From NCBI RefSeq assembly GCF_001194135.2, contig NC_068993.1, forward strand, positions 14,629,237 through 14,664,644: a stretch of DNA of 35,408 bases, read 5' to 3'. Below are positions 24,595 to 35,408 of this stretch, piece after piece (position 1 is the stretch's first letter; every line of letters begins with the position of its first letter). The stretch is from Octopus bimaculoides. Its lineage: Eukaryota. The position numbers were made by a program, and so were the translations under genes. The notes below the pieces were generated by a model. It was not told where the DNA came from. It saw nothing but the letters and a program-made list of their open reading frames with translations, and made no database searches.

Positions 24595-24800
24595 AGTTTC
24601 AAATTTCGGCACGAGGCCAGTAATTCCGAGCAGAATATGTGATTACAACGACTGCAGTGCACAACTTGTAATTATCATATCGACCACGAAAGGATGAAAG
24701 GAAAAGTCAAACTCGGCAGAATTTGAACCCAGAGCATATAGCCAGACGAAAGCCAGCTAAGAATTTGTCCGATGCGCTGTCGATGCCGCAAACTCACCAT
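24595..24800 (-). mobile_element. SINE family C, near full length
   Basis: 3' end TTTCAAATTTCGGCACGAGGCCAG, core CGAAAGGATGAAAGGAAAAGTCAAACTCGGCAGAATTTGAACCCAGA (minus-strand B-box-like GGGTTCAAATTC), tRNA-like head toward 24800. Confidence 0.75.
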
Positions 24801-24825
24801 TTAAACTATTTGATAAATAATTATT

Positions 24826-25022
24826 TGTTCTTTAGGCATAAAGCCTGAAAGTTTCGGGGAGGGGAAATTCGATGATATCGAACACAGTACTGGACTGGTT
24901 ATTTTTTCAGCCAAGAAAAGAGGATAGGTAAAGCTGATCTCGGTGGAATTTGAACTCACAAAGAAGTAGGGTGAAATGCCGGAAAACATTTTGTCCGGCA
25001 TGCTAACGATACTGGCAGCTCG
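24826..25022 (-). mobile_element. SINE family C, second tandem copy
   Basis: TAGGCATAAAGCCTG...GGGGAGGGG...GATCTCGGTGGAATTTGAACTCAC...CATTTTGTCCGGCATGCTAACGATACTGGCAGCTCG is collinear with 24595-24800. Confidence 0.7.
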
Positions 25023-26093
25023 GAATAAATAATATGTATGGCAAAACGTTGAATATAAATCACTAAAACCTACTTCGAATTACACCCGACCATTGGACAA
25101 ATTATATATATTATATAGTTGTAGAGAGGCAAAATGCAGGATAAATGTTTCATTGCAGTTCTTCGAACAACGATGAACTGATAATAACACTGTGTAACAA
25201 AATTTATTCTTATTTTTGTTGCTTATGGTCATTAAGTGTTATTTCCTATTTGGTTCTATCTAGAAATCAAAGAAAATGACTACTATTCCCTTCAAACTTT
25301 GCTTTTGTCGCCTGGACGTCAATGTTTTGAAACTTACCTCTTTTTCATTAGTTGCTGTGCGAGAAATATCGTTATTGCAAATCTTCTTCTCAATACCACA
25401 GACCTGCTTGACCTTAACCACTTGAGCATGTCCCTTAGTGGCTGACAATATGTGCATCTCAGGAGTAGTGCCGCATTGTAACCTGATTACTGAGAGCGAT
25501 CCGTTGGGGTTTGAATAAATCTAAAACTAAGTTTGAAGGAAATATTAGCCATTTTTCATACTAAAGGTAGACAAATAAAAACTAACAGTGCCAGCGACGT
25601 CAATGACATGTTAACGCTAACTCCAAACCTCCATAAATATCCCTTACTATAATTTTCATTGTAAACAGTACTATTTACGTACTATTATCGCTATGTTAAC
25701 TAACAAATTTCCAAGACAAACAGAAATTATATTATATTGTCATCCCCAATATCGACAAACAAAGCGATGCGTGCTTGTTGTATCGCCTAGAAATAACAGC
25801 CCAAAATTTCGCGCATATGTATGGTCTGCAAAAGGACAGTTTAGATAATGTAGTATTGGATGCATAAAATGAGATAGCTATCGCTGGAATATATTTTACT
25901 ATGGGCCTGATCGTACATATCTGACCTGGAGTTAAACATAACAGCAACAGTTCCACCGATTTTATCGTAAACATGATTACCACACGTGCAGAGTCTCTAC
26001 GGAGTTTAATCAAGCATCGGAATCAATAATATCTGTGTAATGAATGTATATCTACAGTAAAATTATTGATACCTGCTACACACAAACACACAG

Positions 26094-26174
<81 letters not shown>

Positions 26175-27031
26175 AATATANNNNNNNNNNNNNNNNNNNN
26201 NNNNNNNNNNNNNNNNNNNNNNNNNNNNNNNNNNNNNNNNNNNNNNNNNNNNNNNNNNNNNNNNNNNNNNNNNNNNNNNNNNNNNNNNNNNNNNNNNNNN
26301 NNNNNNNNNNNNNNNNNNNNNNNNNNNNNNNNNNNNNNNNNNNNNNNNNNNNNNNNNNNNNNNNNNNNNNNNNNNNNNNNNNNNNNNNNNNNNNNNNNNN
26401 NNNNNNNNNNNNNNNNNNNNNNNATATATATATATATATATGTATATGTATATATGTATATGTATATATGTATATATGTATATATGTATGTATATGTATT
26501 ATTTATATGTATGTATATATGTATATAACACACACACACACATATATACTTAAATATGTGTGCATGCACGCGCTCATTTGGTGTAGATTATAATATCCAG
26601 AAATATTGTGGCCCTTCAGATATCGCTTCAGTCATATAGATTGCACAGATACTGCAAAGCTGCTAATATCAATATTATCACCACGAACAACCACTATCAG
26701 AAATATAAAACACTACACAACACACAATAATTGCGACCATGCAATATAATTATCACTATTAACAACAGAAGCTAACACATAAATTCAAGATGGACGCTAT
26801 CATTTTCACTGTACAATCGCATTATGCGACATATCAGTGCTTAAGATACATTCGTCTGAATCATTCTAGATCTTCAGAAATGATTAAACGAACTGGTGAA
26901 GCTTTCAATTATCTTTGGTAATTGAGTCGAAATGTTAAATCTAAACTTGCGGTGGATCAAACCCAGTTGTAAATTGGATATCTCGTTTCTAACACCTACG
27001 TCATCACAACCTCAACCCCTTTCACGTACAG

Positions 27032-27166
27032 CGACTATGGCATAATCCAACACTACTGTGATATTGCTATATGTTTTCTCTCCAGCTGCACTATTTTACA
27101 AATGAAGCTCTCAGTGTGTGATGTGATGGATTTCGTGCGAGATAGCCTACGCCTTTATAGCGTATT
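27032..27166 (+). CDS. Candidate exon d, phase 2 to 2 (DYGIIQHYCDIAICFLSSCTILQMKLSVCDVMDFVRDSLRLYSV[F])
   Basis: Acceptor CCCCTTTCACGTACAG, with a second in-frame acceptor TTTTCTCTCCAG at 27085. Donor ATT|GTGAGA, 135 nt, open frame compatible with exon c. Confidence 0.45.
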
Positions 27167-27366
27167 GTGAGACCTGCAATGTTTCACTTGTATCACATTG
27201 AACAACTTATTACACATTCGTACATGCTACATCTACATACATACATAAATACATACAATTCATACATTCATAGACACGAACACACTCATATATACACATA
27301 TACATACACGTTTATTTATACACGCACATATATATAAATATATATTTATGTGTGTGTATGAATACA

Positions 27367-27402
<36 letters not shown>

Positions 27403-27447
27403 ATATACATATATACATATATACATATACATATATATATATGCATA

Positions 27448-27488
<41 letters not shown>

Positions 27489-27838
27489 NNNNNNNNNNNN
27501 NNNNNNNNNNNNNNNNNNNNNNNNNNNNNNNNNNNNNNNNNNNNNNNNNNNNNNNNNNNNNNNNNNNNNNNNNNNNNNNNNNNNNNNNNNNNNNNNNNNN
27601 NNNNNNNNNNNNNNNNNNNNNNNNNNNNNNNNNNNNNNNNNNNNNNNNNNNNNNNNNNNNNNNNNNNNNNNNNNNNNNNNNNNNNNNNNNNNNNNNNNNN
27701 NNNNNNNNNNNNNNNNNNNNNNNNNNNNNNNNNNNNNNNNNNNNNNNNNNNNNNNNNNNNNNNNNNNNNNNNNNNNNNNNNNNNNNNNNNNNNNNNNNNN
27801 NNNNNNNNNNNNNNNNNNNNNNNNNNNNNNNNNNNNNN

Positions 27839-27875
<37 letters not shown>

Positions 27876-28796
27876 AGGACACATGCATATACACAGGCAC
27901 GTGCAATGTATGTACATGTATATGTGTGTATGTCTGCCTGTGTGCGTTCATGTGTGTGAAAGTGCGTGTGTATGTATGTGAATGTGTGTGTGTGTGTGTG
28001 TGTGTTTGTGTGCATATGTGCGCGCGCGAATTTGTCATGCCGTTCGTATTTGAGGATATTTGGTTGTGTGTCTGTGTATGTGTGAAGTGTGCGAGTATAT
28101 AAGGAAAAGGGATAATCAGCGTTCGCTCGAAGCAAGAGAAGATAAAGGGAAGGGAATAGGAGATCAGTGACTCGATTGAAATTTAGTATTGATATTAGGA
28201 AAATAAATTAGGATAAATGACAATGCGAAAATAATTTGCTGTGGGAAATCTAAAGAAGATTAAGCATGACAGATTTAATGTCCCATGCAGTGCGTGCCGT
28301 GATTATGTTCCCTTTCGAAATAATTATTTAGATATGATTGTAAGGGATTAATTTAGGTAAACCTTCGGCATACGGTGAATAAACAGATTGTTTCTGAATT
28401 ACATATGTAGCTATCTGCAGCTTCACCTGTATGGAATTATTTGGGAAAATTCTTGTGATGTAGAGTTCTCCTTATTTCATTTCCAAAGACTGTGAATGTA
28501 TTTGCATAGTAAAACGAAAATGAAAGACATGTATTTGGTTATGTTCGATGATGACGATGATGATGATGAGGATGTACGTGTGTATGGGGTGTGTGTGACA
28601 GAAATATCTCTGAGTAGTGGCAATAATGTTTTTAACATCGAAAGAAGTTTTCAGTGAAGAAAGTATTTTAAAAGTTATCCTTGTGTGGGAATGAGAAAAA
28701 TACATGCGATCATTAACGAATCATAATTAACTGTTTCCTCTGTGTTTGTTTTTATCAAAGCCAGTAACTTCTCAGCACTCTCTCTCGTATTTACAG

Positions 28797-28821
28797 CACT
28801 GCCTCGCATCGACGGCGAGCG
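28797..28821 (+). CDS. Candidate 25-nt micro-exon e, phase 2 to 0 (TASHRRRA)
   Basis: Strong acceptor CTCTCTCTCGTATTTACAG, donor GCG|GTATGA, phase fits exon d. Confidence 0.35.
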
Positions 28822-29489
28822 GTATGAGATGTACATAGTCTATATTAGACGCCAGTATATCGATGAGAGCTATGAACTGATTAGGAATGATATCATTCTA
28901 AAAGTGAAGGCACGCATTTATTGTCAACTTTAACTTTTAATTGCATCGTTCATTGAACTGCCACCTTTATCTGGTAACGCCTTCAGATTTCAGTCAAAAA
29001 TATCGACCCCCTAGTTTAAGTTTGGTTCTAAATCTCTTGGCCACTTTTTACAAACTGCTAGGTCACAGAGGAATAGAGGAACTTTCCTGATCATTCTGGC
29101 CGTGCCAAGGCAAATCTTTTGTAACAGTTCCACTGGGCATTCATTATTATTATGATTATTACCATCGGCGCTCCGGCTGGCAAGCCACGTTTGACGAATC
29201 CCAGTAATTTTGTTTAAACAAAATCACGGATATCCACATTTGAATCCACTTTTGAAATTTATACCACTATGGAAAGCGAGTTGTTTTCTTCTGAATGGTT
29301 AGTTTCTTTTTTCGTGTTTTCTCCCAGTCTTGGTGTACAATTTTTTTTTTTTTTTCTTATGAAAATTTTTGTTTTCTCCATCCAGTGAGTCTCGTATGCG
29401 AGCAAGGAGGAGAGGAGAGTGTAATGAACGTCATTAGAACGTGATGAAAGAAGGAGTGAGTGCAACGCGCTGTGTCACCACATTGGCAA

Positions 29490-29930
29490 AAACATACAAG
29501 ACAGTTTTTAATAACAATGATTTTGAAAATCAACTGGGAATGGAAAATGTCAACAATGAAATCATTGAAACCACTACCATAAACAACAGCAACTACAGCA
29601 GCAACAACAACATCAACAAAGAGTCTCAATTTCGAGTGGAACACAATGAAAAATATTGAAGACAACAACAACAACAGCTGGCGCACCAGCGGCTGTTACA
29701 GTGGCAGCAGCAGGCAGCAGCAACAGTGGTAGTAACATTAATATCAACGATAACAAAACATTTCAAGACAAAGAGCAGAAAAGGAATATTTTAACTCAGA
29801 AATGAAGCCACGTCCCCCACAACAAGCAGGAACAACAACAATTACTGCAACAACTACAACAAGTACAACAACATAAACAACAACGGCAAGGACGATACCA
29901 TCACCAGCGGCAGCAACAAGAAATCCAACG
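29490..29930 (+). repeat. CAA/CAG/ACA-rich trinucleotide low-complexity region
   Basis: Seen directly: interrupted CAACAACAA, CAGCAGCAG and ACAACA runs. Confidence 0.85.
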
Positions 29931-30185
29931 CGCCTTTCACCCAAATGAACAGGGGTGGGTGGAACACTTTTTGACTGATTTTTGTAAATTATCCGACAAT
30001 GCCCGGTAAAACTTCATCTCTTTGTTCTACAATCAAGCGAAACTAGATCACAAAAAGAACTGTGGTCTCTCGTCTTCGTAATAAGAGAATCAGGAAGATC
30101 AAAAATCTGACTCGAGCACAGGCAGAAAAATGACTGAAAGATGACTGGTGTTAGAAGAGAAAGAGAGGTTTTGCAGCTCTCGCAG

Positions 30186-30273
30186 ATATACCATAGTGAA
30201 GTGGCAGCGAAAAGGAAGGCCTTCCACACCTGCTCCTCAGAGAAATACCTTTTCATCCATCTTACCTTGGAAA
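30186..30273 (+). CDS. Candidate exon f, phase 0 to 1 (IYHSEVAAKRKAFHTCSSEKYLFIHLTLE)
   Basis: Acceptor TTTTGCAGCTCTCGCAG, donor AAA|GTAAGT. It overlaps a minus-strand ORF, so the assignment is uncertain. Confidence 0.27.
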
Positions 30274-31351
30274 GTAAGTAAATAAAGCTACTTTTTCGAT
30301 TTTGCATCCAAAACTTAACATCCACTGGATAAATATGATGATATTCTAATTTTGAAATCCTCTCGAAAGGTAAATTACTCGGTGGCCCAGGTGAAAGTGG
30401 AAATACTGGTGACAGCGGAAAACTTCCATTGAGACCTGACATCATTTACATGGATGGTGTGGAGACCATACTATTTGTTCAACATAGAAAGGTAAATTGT
30501 TAAGCCTGTGGAAGTACAATCCATCGAAAGTTTTTCTGCTCTGAATTAAAGGAACCGAAACCACATCCGTTGACAAATCCACAACCGACATCAATAACAC
30601 TACCATGATCAATGGAAGAGTCCCTCCTACAGCGAAACTTCGGTAGCCGAAATGTTTGCTTTGTGTTACACCCATCACCGTCCAGTCATTTTGGCGAAAG
30701 ATGCGTTGGACCTCATGTGGCTGTCACTGGTGTTGTTATCTCCATCATTGTGTGTTTTTTTCTGTTGTAATTGTTGTTTCCCAATTTCCCTGCTCCCTAA
30801 ACTAACACCAACAGCAGCTCAAATACTTCTTCCAACACACATTACCATCTCGTACCGATTCCTTAGGAAAGAATTTGCTGGAGATAGGTCAGGCCGAAAG
30901 ATGTCAAACTGTCCGTACCGAAAGGGCCAAAGAAATATACGAGGAGGGTACAGAATCGCACTCCAAGAAAAGAACACTACAAATAAAAAAATTCCATAAT
31001 TACAGCTCACTTCACAACCAACGTAAGAAACCCAACATCAACTACAACAGCATCATGTAAACACACATAGTTTACCACAACCAAAACTAAAACTGCCTAC
31101 ACGAACCAACTTAAACTGTACACGAAATGTTTCTATAAACTTCACTGTTGTGAACAAAAGAGAGCTGATGGATTTACCTAACTCTAGGTAATCTTCTACT
31201 GATATTAACCTCTTCTGCTTTCCTTTCTAGGTAAGTATAATCTTGCTCTTCCTGCCCTTGGGTGGAGTCCTCCATTCATATTGAATTCCTTCAATATGTC
31301 ACCTGAGTAGAGATCTACTTACCATTTCGTCAAGCTAAAGGTAATTTATCC

Positions 31352-31421
<70 letters not shown>

Positions 31422-31542
31422 CATCATCATTATTATTATGAATATTCTTCTTATTATTAGCATTATTATTATCATTATTATTGTCATCATTATCATTATT
31501 TTTATTGTTTTTGCTAAGTTAGCCGCAGCAGTAGCAGCAGCG

Positions 31543-31625
<83 letters not shown>

Positions 31626-31634
31626 CGTCGTTGT
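31352..31634. repeat. Compound trinucleotide microsatellite (ATT)n/(ATC), GCA, (GTA)n, (GTT)n
   Basis: Seen directly: pure ATT at about 31352-31420, GTA at about 31542-31588 switching to GTT at about 31588-31625. Confidence 0.96.
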
Positions 31635-32116
31635 ATCGCCATATTTGCATATACCTCTCCGCATCGTTTTATGATTTGTTCAATCATTTATTTAAGAATT
31701 TATTACATCAGCACGTGTGTTTATATGGTATGGCAGTTTATTATCAGTTTTTCGTATCGTCATTATTACTGATATTGCTGTTGATACTACTGTTGTTTGA
31801 GATGATCTTGCTTATGTCGTATGTATGCCGCTGTGTACCTATGCACGAACGGTGACTGTTTAATCTAATTAATTTTTTTTTAAACTTAAACACAACAAAG
31901 CAAATTAAACACTGTCATGATTATCCTCCTCGCCATCGTCATCAACGTCATCATCGTCGACGTTCTTGTTTCTCTACTTATTTCTTTTGTGTTATTATTT
32001 TATTATCATAATCTTCTGTTACCATCGTCACCTTCCTTATCCCTCACAATTATCCTTGTTTGTTATTATGAATTTTGTTGACCTTGATCAGTTTGATTTT
32101 TCATTTATTTGTATTT

Positions 32117-32117
<1 letters not shown>

Positions 32118-32193
<76 letters not shown>
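32118..32193. repeat. (ATT)n microsatellite
   Basis: About 25 perfect units. Confidence 0.96.
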
Positions 32194-32195
<2 letters not shown>

Positions 32196-33053
32196 ACCTT
32201 TCCTCTCATTCTGTCTCCTCTCTTCCTCATTATCATCTTGAACAACATCACTATCTACATTATCATTTTCATTATCAATATCATCCTGGTCTTATATTTT
32301 TTAACGCTTGTAATTATATTATCCCTCATTTTTTTTTGTTTGTACCTTACATTTTATTTCAGTTACTCAAGTAAACATTTTTACTGATAATGGGTTCTGA
32401 TGGTGATGAAGATTATAAAATGGGTGGGGGTGAACTTAATTAGAAAAATCAAGCGCAAAATATGGAAGTAAAATTCATTAAAGTAAACCATTTGTGCAAC
32501 GCGTGTAAAAAATATATATATTAACTTGAAATGGAAAACTAAAATAAAAAAATTAATAATGTTAAAATAAATATAAGAAGAAGCAATGCAAAAACAGAGT
32601 ACGTTTCAATATTTTATCATAGCGTTTATTTGAAAAATTAGTCATAATTAATAGATGTTAAATTTGAACATAAACTTTTCCTTTCTACGTTAACTTTTCG
32701 TCAACACCTTCGCTCAGATGTTTTTTTTTATTTAAATTGCAGTTAAGGAGCAACTATGATGATTATGATAATAAGGTTGAGTCATCCTAAAACGAAATCC
32801 CTGTTGTTTTATTAACAGGCTCAAATGTACGCATGTTTAGAATAACTTACTGTTTCGAATGAGAGTGTCATTCCGAAATTTGTGCAACATCTAAAATTAT
32901 GATGATCATATTTTCATACATGCACCATTCTTTAGTAAATAATTAAAAACGACTTTTATTCTGGTTCCTTACTTTGATATTCATGATTTAGTTGTGAAAT
33001 ACTGATTATATGAATAAATGAATTAAGCACCGAGGATGCTTTGCCCCACACAG

Positions 33054-33218
33054 AAATTGCATATGCTGCTCACATGCTTTACAAGCGCTTTCAATTCCAT
33101 CGAAATGTTGGAAATCATTCTGTACCATCATTGTGTCACAAGCGTTTCACTCTTTATCCTGTATCTTTGTTCCACCTGAAAGGAGTATATTGGCCCACGT
33201 TCATTAAAATACTATGTG
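33054..33218 (+). CDS. Candidate exon g, phase 1 to 1 (xIAYAAHMLYKRFQFHRNVGNHSVPSLCHKRFTLYPVSLFHLKGVYWPTFIKILC[G])
   Basis: Acceptor GCTTTGCCCCACACAG, donor GTG|GTACGA, 165 nt open (ORF track 33041-33268), phase fits exon f. Confidence 0.3.
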
Positions 33219-34159
33219 GTACGAATGTATATCTTAATGATGACTATAATGGATATGCAAATATGTAAACATCTGCAGGCATACGTGTAAAACAGATATG
33301 CTTTCAACGTCATAAATTTTGCTGCTAATATTGATTCAAATATTTATGCAGGTCATAAAATAGGATACGCAAACCTAATATTGCTATTTATTTATATTTT
33401 CCTATGTCTTATAAGGTTTCGAAGAAAACTTATAACACTTGATCAGGAGAGTACAAAATAATTTAAAATTCCAGAGTGTTATATAAAGTATGCTAAAACA
33501 TATAAATTTTGTGTGATCTAAATTTAATTTCGTCATAACTAGATATTAATTAATTTTAAAGAGATATTTTCCTTTTTATAGTTTATTTTACTTAATTTTT
33601 TGAAGAATTAATGTACACCGACCGGGATAATATTTAGCTGCTTGATTTGAAAATCAACTTGCATACAACGAATTCCTTTCTCGGTGTCATAAATTCAATA
33701 ATTGCTATAGTTTGTAATAGATGTACATTATATGTTATAATCTATGTGTTAGAATGTAAAACTAGTATGAAGTTTGGTAGCATTTAATCTCACAGACTTG
33801 TGGAAACAAAACGCATACAGCAAGCGTTCAATTTTGGGCATTCCATCACATGCACATATACTATAAACTTTAGGAGGAAGTTTATATCATTTCTGTACTG
33901 GAACCTCTTGGGACATTTTTAAATATTTTGCTAAATAGTACATATATTCATTGCATATTAGACAGTAACAATGGAGAGATAATCGAAGATTTAATTCTCA
34001 TGAAGTCCAAAACAAAAATTTCAGTGATAAATATCGGACAAATGGCGATATATGAAAATAGTGTTGAAGTATAAATAGTAACAGCAGAAAGCAGAAACGA
34101 ACAGTGTGAAGTAGATGAAAATATGACAAATATAACTCGTTAAGATTATAATAATGTTC

Positions 34160-34415
34160 ATGTGTACACCCACACACACATGCATACATACATACATACA
34201 TATATACATACATACATACATACATGCATACATACATACATTCATACATACATATATATGTACATACATACAAGTATACATACGTTAATACATACATCTA
34301 TACATACATATGTACATAGACACATACACACTTATGTACACACAACATACATGCATATATACACACATACATATATATGTACATGTATACATACATACAT
34401 ACATACATACATACA

Positions 34416-34447
<32 letters not shown>

Positions 34448-34450
34448 CGT
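34160..34450. repeat. Degenerate (CATA)n / (TA)n microsatellite
   Basis: Seen directly; pure CATA run at about 34385-34440. Confidence 0.95.
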
Positions 34451-34455
34451 ATATT

Positions 34456-34650
34456 TCTCTTGCTTTCTTCAGTAAATGGATTGCGGCCATACAGAAATGA
34501 CAGCTTCAAGCGTTTTGTCGAACAAATACAGGCCAGTACTTATTTTCTCGGTTTGATGCTTATTGTGTTCGTATTTTTCCGAAACCGATGCTATGGGTGC
34601 GTGATCAAACCACTTTACAACCAGTGGTTGGATGAGACAAGCGCCTACAT
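34456..34650 (-). mobile_element. SINE family A, diverged 3' half
   Basis: TTCAGTAAATGGATTGCGGCCATAC...GTCGAACAAAT...CAGTACTTATT...CCGAAACCG...ACAACC weakly aligns to 10380-10550. Confidence 0.58.
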
Positions 34651-34658
34651 AAGAACAC

Positions 34659-34693
<35 letters not shown>

Positions 34694-35071
34694 NNNNNNN
34701 NNNNNNNNNNNNNNNNNNNNNNNNNNNNNNNNNNNNNNNNNNNNNNNNNNNNNNNNNNNNNNNNNNNNNNNNATTATACATACCACGATTATCTGCATTA
34801 GTCGAGATAATCAAGGTATGTATAATTTTCACGTGTCTCGCCCGCCTGTTTTTGCTCCGCTGAACCCTTATTTGAGAATTTTTAAAGTGATCTTCTTTTA
34901 GCATATTGACAGACCGGTTACTGGTCAATCTTATATACACAAGTACTATAATCTTTTTAGGATCTCCCAAAAAATTTTTGATGAACCTTCTGATTTTTTT
35001 AATGTGCTAGTTTCGTGGTATTAAATTGATATTAATTAATATCGAATTTTCACCATATTATGTTAATTAAT

Positions 35072-35103
<32 letters not shown>

Positions 35104-35172
35104 TACACACTCACACAAATACACCCACACACACACGACGAACACAAATAAACACATACATATTTGTATGTA

Positions 35173-35310
35173 TAAGAGGCTTCTTTCTGTTTCCGTCTAC
35201 GAAATCTACCCATAAGGCTGTGTTGAGCCACAGCTATTATTAAAGACGTCTGTCTAAAGTGCCGTGCAGTGGAACTGTAAATGACCATATTGCTGTGAAG
35301 GAAATTCCAC
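35173..35310 (-). mobile_element. SINE family A, diverged 5' head
   Basis: AGGCTTCTTTCTGTTTCCGTCTACGAAATCTACCCATAAGGCT...AAAGTGCCGTGCAGTGGAACTG aligns to 10845-10945. Confidence 0.62.
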
Positions 35311-35408
35311 ATACACACTCACACACATTTATATATTTATACACAAACACACACACATATATATATGTATATATGTATTCTTATATGTATATATATATAT
35401 ATATATAT

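Larger units (their letters stand above)
1391..34772. other. Eleven assembly gaps (N runs): 1391-1702, 3405-3588, 5748-5932, 9636-9839, 10608-10808, 13409-13715, 14943-15410, 19367-19665, 26181-26423, 27489-27838, 34694-34772
   Basis: Seen directly. Each gap abuts a (TA)n, (CA)n or (ATT)n tract on at least one side, as expected for short-read scaffolding breaks at microsatellites. Confidence 0.98.

Noticed and set aside
7428-25022. tRNA genes at the A-box/B-box motifs
   Set aside because: Each motif continues into a repeated SINE body and lacks a complete cloverleaf. They are SINE heads.
30293-30319. VKFWMQNRK as homeodomain helix 3 (VKIWFQNRR)
   Set aside because: The invariant WF is WM, and the upstream 45 residues lack the helix 1/2 pattern (no F8, L16, F20-type core).
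164-35318. Most ORFs in the supplied track (YIYIYI, HTHTHT, poly-I/N/V/L and X-filled ORFs)
   Set aside because: They are translations of dinucleotide and trinucleotide microsatellites or N gaps, which lack stop codons by construction.

Overview
AT-rich, microsatellite-dense eukaryotic genomic DNA with 11 N-gaps (about 2.8 kb in total), nearly all flanked by (TA)n/(CA)n/(ATT)n tracts. The SINE families and repeat landscape look like an octopus (coleoid cephalopod) short-read scaffold; this is inferred from recalled repeat sequences, not from a search. Well-supported content: a decayed RTE-clade LINE reverse-transcriptase fragment (about 345-830, +); a decayed Tc1/mariner (maT-like) transposase with its TA/CAGGGTG terminus (17138-17935, -); about 14 tRNA-derived SINE copies or fragments of at least three families; a 30-bp minisatellite; and many microsatellites. 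Almost all ORFs in the supplied track are microsatellite or gap artefacts. I recognise no named gene. I can assemble a plus-strand chain of short, phase-compatible candidate exons with GT-AG borders (18142 to 33218, including 23-nt and 25-nt micro-exons) encoding an unrecognised protein. I picked these exons by eye, so the model needs RNA-seq. Best leads: that gene model, a textbook AG|GTAAGT recursive-splice-like site at 31231, a 54-nt near-perfect hairpin at 34773, a tandem donor that toggles a stop codon at 20549/20554, and closely spaced inverted SINEs that could form an ADAR substrate. I cannot claim a confirmed new biological system from sequence alone.
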